Source: an uncultured bacterium (GTDB lineage Bacteria > Patescibacteriota > Minisyncoccia > Phycocordibacterales > UBA9973). From it: 64,000 bases of DNA. The notes below the pieces were generated by a model. It was given only the letters and a program-made list of their open reading frames with translations, was not told the DNA's origin and did not search any database. Location of the stretch: NCBI GenBank assembly GCA_903869825.1, contig CAIQAL010000003.1, positions 3,624 to 67,623 on the forward strand, written 5' to 3'. Each line of letters opens with the position of its first letter. Position 1 is the stretch's first letter. The translations under genes were made by a program, and so were the position numbers. Shown piece after piece: positions 59,271 through 64,000 of this stretch.

Positions 59271-60185
59271 ATGCACATACTTTCAACAAACCAATTTACA
59301 AAGAGTGAAGTCGACGCAATATTATTACGATCGGGAGAAATGGAAAAATCCTTGAGAGACCCAAAAACCGCGACTCTTTTGTCTGGGAAAATAGTTGCTA
59401 GTATTTTTTTTGAACCATCCACGCGCACCCGCCTTTCTTTTGAAACTGCAGCAATACGATTGGGTGCTGATATCATCTCTGCCGAAAATGCGATGGGCAA
59501 TTCTTCAGCTTTTAAAGGAGAAACTATTGAAGACACCGCTCGCATGCTTTCTTGTTATTCCGATGCCATTGTAATGCGTCATCCAACTTTTGGTTCTGTG
59601 GAGAAAGCTGCCAGTGTGACCAAGACCCCGATAATTAATGCCGGGGACGGAGCAAATCAACATCCATCTCAAGGGCTATTGGATTTGTATACAATTTTGA
59701 AAGAAGAAGGCCGCTTGGAAAACCTTACTATTGGATTTGTCGGCGATATCCTAAATAGTCGAACTCTTCGTTCTTTAGTTCCACTTTTAATACTGTATCC
59801 AAATAATAAATTTTATTTTGTGTCACCAAAAGAACTAGTTTTAGCAAAAGAATATCGGGAATATTTGAAAAAAAATAATGTAAATTTTGAAGAAAAAAAT
59901 AATCTTGAGGATATATTGCCGAAATTAGATGTCTTGTATATGACGCGAGTTCAAAAGGAACGTTTTCTTAATATTGCCGAATATGAAAAAGTAAAAGACT
60001 CTTTTATTTTAAAAATAAATGATGTCAAAAAATTAAAAGATACCGCAATTATTTTACATCCTTTGCCAAGAGTAAATGAGATTGATCATGAAATTGATTC
60101 AGATAAAAGAGCGGCATATTTTCGTCAGGCTCAAAATGGTCTATATGTTCGTATGAGCCTCCTTCTTACTGTTTTTGATTTATAA
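59271..60185 (+). CDS. pyrB: Aspartate carbamoyltransferase catalytic subunit
   Basis: FFEPSTRT, KGETIED, NAGDG..HPSQ, TRVQKER, HPLPR. Confidence 0.97.
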   Translation: MHILSTNQFTKSEVDAILLRSGEMEKSLRDPKTATLLSGKIVASIFFEPSTRTRLSFETAAIRLGADIISAENAMGNSSAFKGETIEDTARMLSCYSDAIVMRHPTFGSVEKAASVTKTPIINAGDGANQHPSQGLLDLYTILKEEGRLENLTIGFVGDILNSRTLRSLVPLLILYPNNKFYFVSPKELVLAKEYREYLKKNNVNFEEKNNLEDILPKLDVLYMTRVQKERFLNIAEYEKVKDSFILKINDVKKLKDTAIILHPLPRVNEIDHEIDSDKRAAYFRQAQNGLYVRMSLLLTVFDL

Positions 60186-60207
60186 AACTCTCTGATATAC
60201 TATCTTT

Positions 60208-61251
60208 ATGTCAGAAAACAATCTAGCCTTATATCGTAAATACCGCCCAGGTAATTTTGAGGAAGTTCTGGGACAGGATCACATCGTAAAAATTCTTGAA
60301 AGCTCAATTGAGAACAATAAAATTTCGCACGCCTATCTTTTTGTTGGCACAAGGGGGACAGGAAAAACATCAGTAGCAAGGATTTTTGCCAATAAAATTG
60401 GGGTATCAAAGAATGATATTTACGAAATAGATGCTGCTTCGAATCGTGGAATTGATGATATAAAAGAGCTTCGTGACGGGGTATATGTGCTTCCTTTTGA
60501 TTCTAAGTACAAGATTTATATCATAGACGAGGTACACATGCTCTCAAAAGACGCTTGGGGAGGCCTTTTAAAGACGCTAGAAGAGCCACCAAGGCATGTA
60601 ATCTTCATCTTGGCGACTACTGAACTACACAAAGTTCCGGAAACGATCATTTCCCGTTGTCAGATTTTTACCTTTCGGAAGGCTTCAGACCTTATCTTAA
60701 AAAATATGCTTCTTGCTGTTGCAAAGAAAGAAGGATTTGAAATGGATTTTAGTTCGGCGGACTTGCTCGCGATTTTGGGTGATGGCTCATATCGAGATGC
60801 TTTGGGGTATTTACAAAAAGTCCTAAATTTTACCAAAGGTAAAAAAGTAAAATTAGAAGAGGTGGAAAAAATTACTGGGGCGCCAAAAAATGTATTGGTC
60901 AATAATTTTGTTTACGCTATTGCTTTAAGAAATCCGGAAATTGGGATTATGGCGATTAGACAAGCCGCCAAAGAAAATTTGGATATGAAATTATATTTGA
61001 AACTCATTATGCAAAAATTTAGGATGGCAGTAATTTTGAGGTATGCTCCAAATCTTACTGAAGAAATGACAGGGGATTTGTCTGAGGCAGATTTGGAATT
61101 TCTCAAAGGTTTAATCAAGGAAGACTCTGGAACAAACTTGCGTTCTCCTGCTTTGGCTGTTCTATTGGAAGCTTATCAAAACATTGATAAAAGTTTTGTT
61201 TCTGAACTCCCACTTGAGCTTGCCTTAATTAAAATTTTGGCAAAAGAATAA
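60208..61251 (+). CDS. dnaX: DNA polymerase III subunit gamma/tau (short form)
   Basis: LYRKYRP, GTRGTGKT, EIDAASNRG, DEVHML, ISRC. Confidence 0.95.
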   Translation: MSENNLALYRKYRPGNFEEVLGQDHIVKILESSIENNKISHAYLFVGTRGTGKTSVARIFANKIGVSKNDIYEIDAASNRGIDDIKELRDGVYVLPFDSKYKIYIIDEVHMLSKDAWGGLLKTLEEPPRHVIFILATTELHKVPETIISRCQIFTFRKASDLILKNMLLAVAKKEGFEMDFSSADLLAILGDGSYRDALGYLQKVLNFTKGKKVKLEEVEKITGAPKNVLVNNFVYAIALRNPEIGIMAIRQAAKENLDMKLYLKLIMQKFRMAVILRYAPNLTEEMTGDLSEADLEFLKGLIKEDSGTNLRSPALAVLLEAYQNIDKSFVSELPLELALIKILAKE

Positions 61252-61270
61252 ACAAGAGTACAATAAGGTT

Positions 61271-61534
61271 ATGAATCCAACTACAGCATCAGAAGTTTTC
61301 TTTATTATTTCTTCGGTAGGTTTTGTAACCTTATGGGTATTGATAGTGGTTTTCTTGTTTTATCTTATTCGGGCAATGAAGATGTTTTCTCGGATGTTGG
61401 AACGAGTTGAAAAGAACGTGGATTCAATCAGTGATACCACTAAAGAGATGATTGAAGATGTTCGAGAAAGTACTGTCTACCGATTTTTGTTTAAGAAAAA
61501 GAGAAAGGGTCGAAAAGATAACAAAAATTATTAA
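61271..61534 (+). CDS. Small membrane-anchored coiled-coil protein (DUF948-like)
   Basis: One TM plus a short coiled coil; TACAAT 6 nt upstream. Confidence 0.6.
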   Translation: MNPTTASEVFFIISSVGFVTLWVLIVVFLFYLIRAMKMFSRMLERVEKNVDSISDTTKEMIEDVRESTVYRFLFKKKRKGRKDNKNY

Positions 61535-61558
61535 TAATACTTAATTACTTATAAAACT

Positions 61559-61927
61559 ATGAAAAAAGAAACAAATAAAAAAATGTCAGTTGGGAAAGCA
61601 GTCGCCATTGGGGCAGGAGTAGCAACCATAGGTGCTGGAGCATATTATTTGCTTGGGTCCGACGGTAAAAAGAATCAAAAAAAAGCGAAAGTTTGGATGA
61701 CTAAAATGGAAAAGGATGTTTTAAAGAAAGTCGCTACTCTTAAAGATGCTAGTGAGCCGATGTATCATAAAGCGGTTGATTCACTTTCTGCTACTTATGC
61801 CAAAGAATACAAGGAATACGCTCCCGAAATTAAATCTTTTGCAAACCTATTAAAGAAACAATTAGGCGCTCTTAGTAAAAAAGCAAAACCTGCTACCAAG
61901 AATAAAAAGCTAACTGCAAAAAAGTAA
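61559..61927 (+). CDS. YtxH-like basic protein
   Basis: Gly/Ala-rich hydrophobic segment ending AYYLLG..G.K, followed by Lys-rich helices. Confidence 0.6.
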   Translation: MKKETNKKMSVGKAVAIGAGVATIGAGAYYLLGSDGKKNQKKAKVWMTKMEKDVLKKVATLKDASEPMYHKAVDSLSATYAKEYKEYAPEIKSFANLLKKQLGALSKKAKPATKNKKLTAKK

Positions 61928-61944
61928 AACTAATCAAGCAAAAA

Positions 61945-61975
61945 AAATACCATTTAATTAAAGGGTATTTGTTTT
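61945..61975. terminator. Possible bidirectional terminator
   Basis: AAATACC..GGTATTT inverted repeat between convergent genes. Confidence 0.4.
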
Positions 61976-62589
61976 TATGCTCGGACGAGGTTTAGAGTTC
62001 CGGTAACTTTTCCGTAGGCTCCTGTTCGAACAAAAGTTCCCGTGATAGTATTGCCGGAATAAGTTCCAGTGAAGGAAACATCGGAACTGAGAGCGGTTAC
62101 TCCGTTATAGCTAAGAGTATTGCCGGAGACTTTGATTCGAGCGTTTGCACTAGGAGTATTGATGCATTTAGGAGCACTTGGGGCGCTTGTTTTGCCGGAA
62201 AACGTGATAGTGGTCGTATAACAAAGATTGGTGTAAGCTATTTTGCCGATAGCAGTGCCATTTTCAACTTTTTCAATGGTAATATTTACATCCCCAGAAG
62301 TGGTGATAGTTGTGGATGAACGAGCGGTTACAATTTTTTCAGAACCCTCCATTCCCTTACCGGGAGTTGCGGAAACCCAAGTACCAACAAGGTCACTGTT
62401 TGTGTTTGAATTTGTATTTACTTCTGGAGTTAATGGAACATTGGTTACAGAATTTGCCATCGTGTTTGTCGCTTCTTTTTTTTCTTCAGTTGATTTTGAT
62501 TTTCCACCAGCAAGCACTACTATTAGAACAATCACAACCAAAACTACTACTACGATAACATAATATTTTAACGAAGATTTATTTTGCAT
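61975..62589 (-). CDS. Membrane-anchored Thr/Ser-rich beta-rich exported protein
   Basis: N-terminal TM, LVGTW motif, two Cys. Confidence 0.75.
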   Translation of the reverse strand: MQNKSSLKYYVIVVVVLVVIVLIVVLAGGKSKSTEEKKEATNTMANSVTNVPLTPEVNTNSNTNSDLVGTWVSATPGKGMEGSEKIVTARSSTTITTSGDVNITIEKVENGTAIGKIAYTNLCYTTTITFSGKTSAPSAPKCINTPSANARIKVSGNTLSYNGVTALSSDVSFTGTYSGNTITGTFVRTGAYGKVTGTLNLVRA

Positions 62590-62658
62590 ATTTTTATATA
62601 TTTATTAATAAGTCTAATTTAATAATTACTAAATTTCGGCCTTTTTATTATATCAAAT

Positions 62659-63198
62659 TTAATTTGACCCCGTACACTCAACCCGGGCGTAGGGGAGAGA
62701 TTGGTATGCTTTTGAAGTGTCCGGCACTAAAATTTGTTTTTCTTCAATGAGTGGGTATCTCAATTTGATCAAACCTATCGCGCTTGTTCGATATATTTCT
62801 TTTTCATTATTTTGCGAGCCTTCAATAGTATAAGAGAAAACATCGGAAATGATATCGTTATCGATATTTCCGGCAATAGTGCCATCGTACCCGTTACTCA
62901 TGTCAGGGCCATTTTGAATCCCAGTTTTACTTCCTATTACGTTTTTTCCATTAACCGTTATGTCTAAGAATTCGTTTACGGTGTAAGGAGCATCTTTCGT
63001 TGCCTCGTGGTCGAACATATAGCATTGCCGACCGTCGGAAAGCGGATTGCCAGTCGGTATTTCTGAAGGAAGGACTGCAAAAATTTTCTGAGAGGAAATG
63101 ATTTTATCTACTAACTTTGGCACCCAAAATTTTTGAGTGATTAGAGCAATAATGCCTAAAATTATTAAGATCAGAAGGAAAATTCTAATACCTTTCAT
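62659..63198 (-). CDS. Membrane-anchored exported hypothetical protein
   Basis: Start MKGIRIF lies 7 nt after TGaTATAAT; TM followed by a CY..G..GTIAG..EG domain. Confidence 0.75.
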   Translation of the reverse strand: MKGIRIFLLILIILGIIALITQKFWVPKLVDKIISSQKIFAVLPSEIPTGNPLSDGRQCYMFDHEATKDAPYTVNEFLDITVNGKNVIGSKTGIQNGPDMSNGYDGTIAGNIDNDIISDVFSYTIEGSQNNEKEIYRTSAIGLIKLRYPLIEEKQILVPDTSKAYQSLPYARVECTGSN

Positions 63199-63291
63199 AA
63201 AATAGATTATATCAAACATATTATAATATTGATACAAAATATTAAAATGATTTCTTTCTAAATATGTAGCCCGATAGGGGAATAGCAATGA

Positions 63292-63656
63292 TTGTTATCG
63301 CTAAGCATCAAATCAGGGCTTTCTTTATCTAATGAGATATCTTTCACCACACCGCCAAAAGTAATTGAAAGTGGAACTCCAATCATTACAGCTCTTGAAG
63401 GGCAAACCCAAATTACCCTTGGCCAAACTTCTACAATAAATATCGAGGCCTATGACCCTAAAAATAGCCCATTGACCTACAGCGGTGACTGGGGAGATAC
63501 CGATTCTCTAGCCAATCACCCTATTTTTTTCAAAATGCTACATTTAGTCATGTCTATAATTAAGTTGGAGTTTATGCCGCCCGTTTTACAGTTGAAAATA
63601 GTAGTGGTCAAAAAACCTCTTCATCTATCACGATTATTTTAAACCCATTAATTAGT
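63292..63656 (+). pseudogene. Degraded PKD/Ig-like surface protein remnant
   Basis: AYDP..LTYSGDWGD, then a frameshift at T7 (63524-63530) to QNATFSHVYN*VGVYAARFTVENSSG; no good start codon. Confidence 0.6.
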
Positions 63657-63694
63657 ATCCATTAATTAGTTAATGCTTTATTATTAAATATAAA

Positions 63695-63730
63695 AATAAA
63701 TACCTCTAATTAAAACTAGAGGTATTTATT
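63695..63730. terminator. Bidirectional hairpin terminator
   Basis: AATAAATACCTCTA-attaaaac-TAGAGGTATTTATT. Confidence 0.7.
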
Positions 63731-63740
63731 ATATAATAAT

Positions 63741-63785
63741 CAAAAACTAGCAAAACAGTTCTTACTAGTTTTTGCTAGTTTTTTG
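63741..63785. repeat. Inverted pair of tandem ~10-bp units
   Basis: CAAAAACTAG CAAAACAG ttctta CTAGTTTTTG CTAGTTTTTTG. Confidence 0.6.
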
Positions 63786-63821
63786 CTTAAAATCTTTCAG
63801 CATTAAAGACAATAAATATTG

Positions 63822-64000
63822 TTAATCGTATAATACGTACTGACGCCATCCCCCCAACCAAGTTTTATGCCAATAAGTACCATTCTCCAACCCATGTAAA
63901 ACTGAAGATGATTTATATCTATCTAATTCCGGTGCACCTCCCTTGTTGGTAATTTCTGCCACTATATTACCATTTCCTATATCTAATTTTTTGAAAGTTA
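63822..64000 (-). CDS. Hypothetical protein, C-terminal part (runs off the window)
   Basis: 58 open codons from the window edge: TFKKLDIGNG..GTYWHKTWLGGWRQYVLYD*. Confidence 0.45.
   Translation of the reverse strand, partial: TFKKLDIGNGNIVAEITNKGGAPELDRYKSSSVLHGLENGTYWHKTWLGGWRQYVLYD

Overview
AT-rich bacterial chromosome segment (genetic code 11). Compact MetK, DnaX, AtpH, AtpC and Rel proteins, an ATPase-dead PriA and a Cys-rich hypothetical protein point to Patescibacteria/CPR, probably Parcubacteria (Nomurabacteria-like); this is inference. Most of the window is housekeeping: cysS, trpS, serS, dnaB, recR, priA, dnaX, holB, topA, parB, mreB, the full F-type atp operon, frr, rseP, a tandem double-domain ddl plus alr, rplU, rpmG, tRNA-Trp and tRNA-Leu. 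It also carries a de novo purine cluster (purLQFND-E-MC) and carA-carB-pyrB, which is unusual for CPR. No CRISPR array, rRNA, transposase or prophage was seen. Best candidates for new biology: (1) an XRE-HTH-MurA fusion whose promoter is a perfect 22-bp palindrome, a candidate autoregulatory operator; (2) an unannotated, apparently leaderless 47-codon ORF that runs through a terminator hairpin just before carA, a candidate pyrL-like pyrimidine attenuator; (3) short GC-rich palindromes inserted in-frame in recR, purD and topA; (4) window-wide leaderless gene architecture, with TGnTATAAT 6-8 nt before the ATG; (5) several structured intergenic RNAs, small ORFs inside the atp and pur clusters, a dprA relic and a T7-frameshifted metK.
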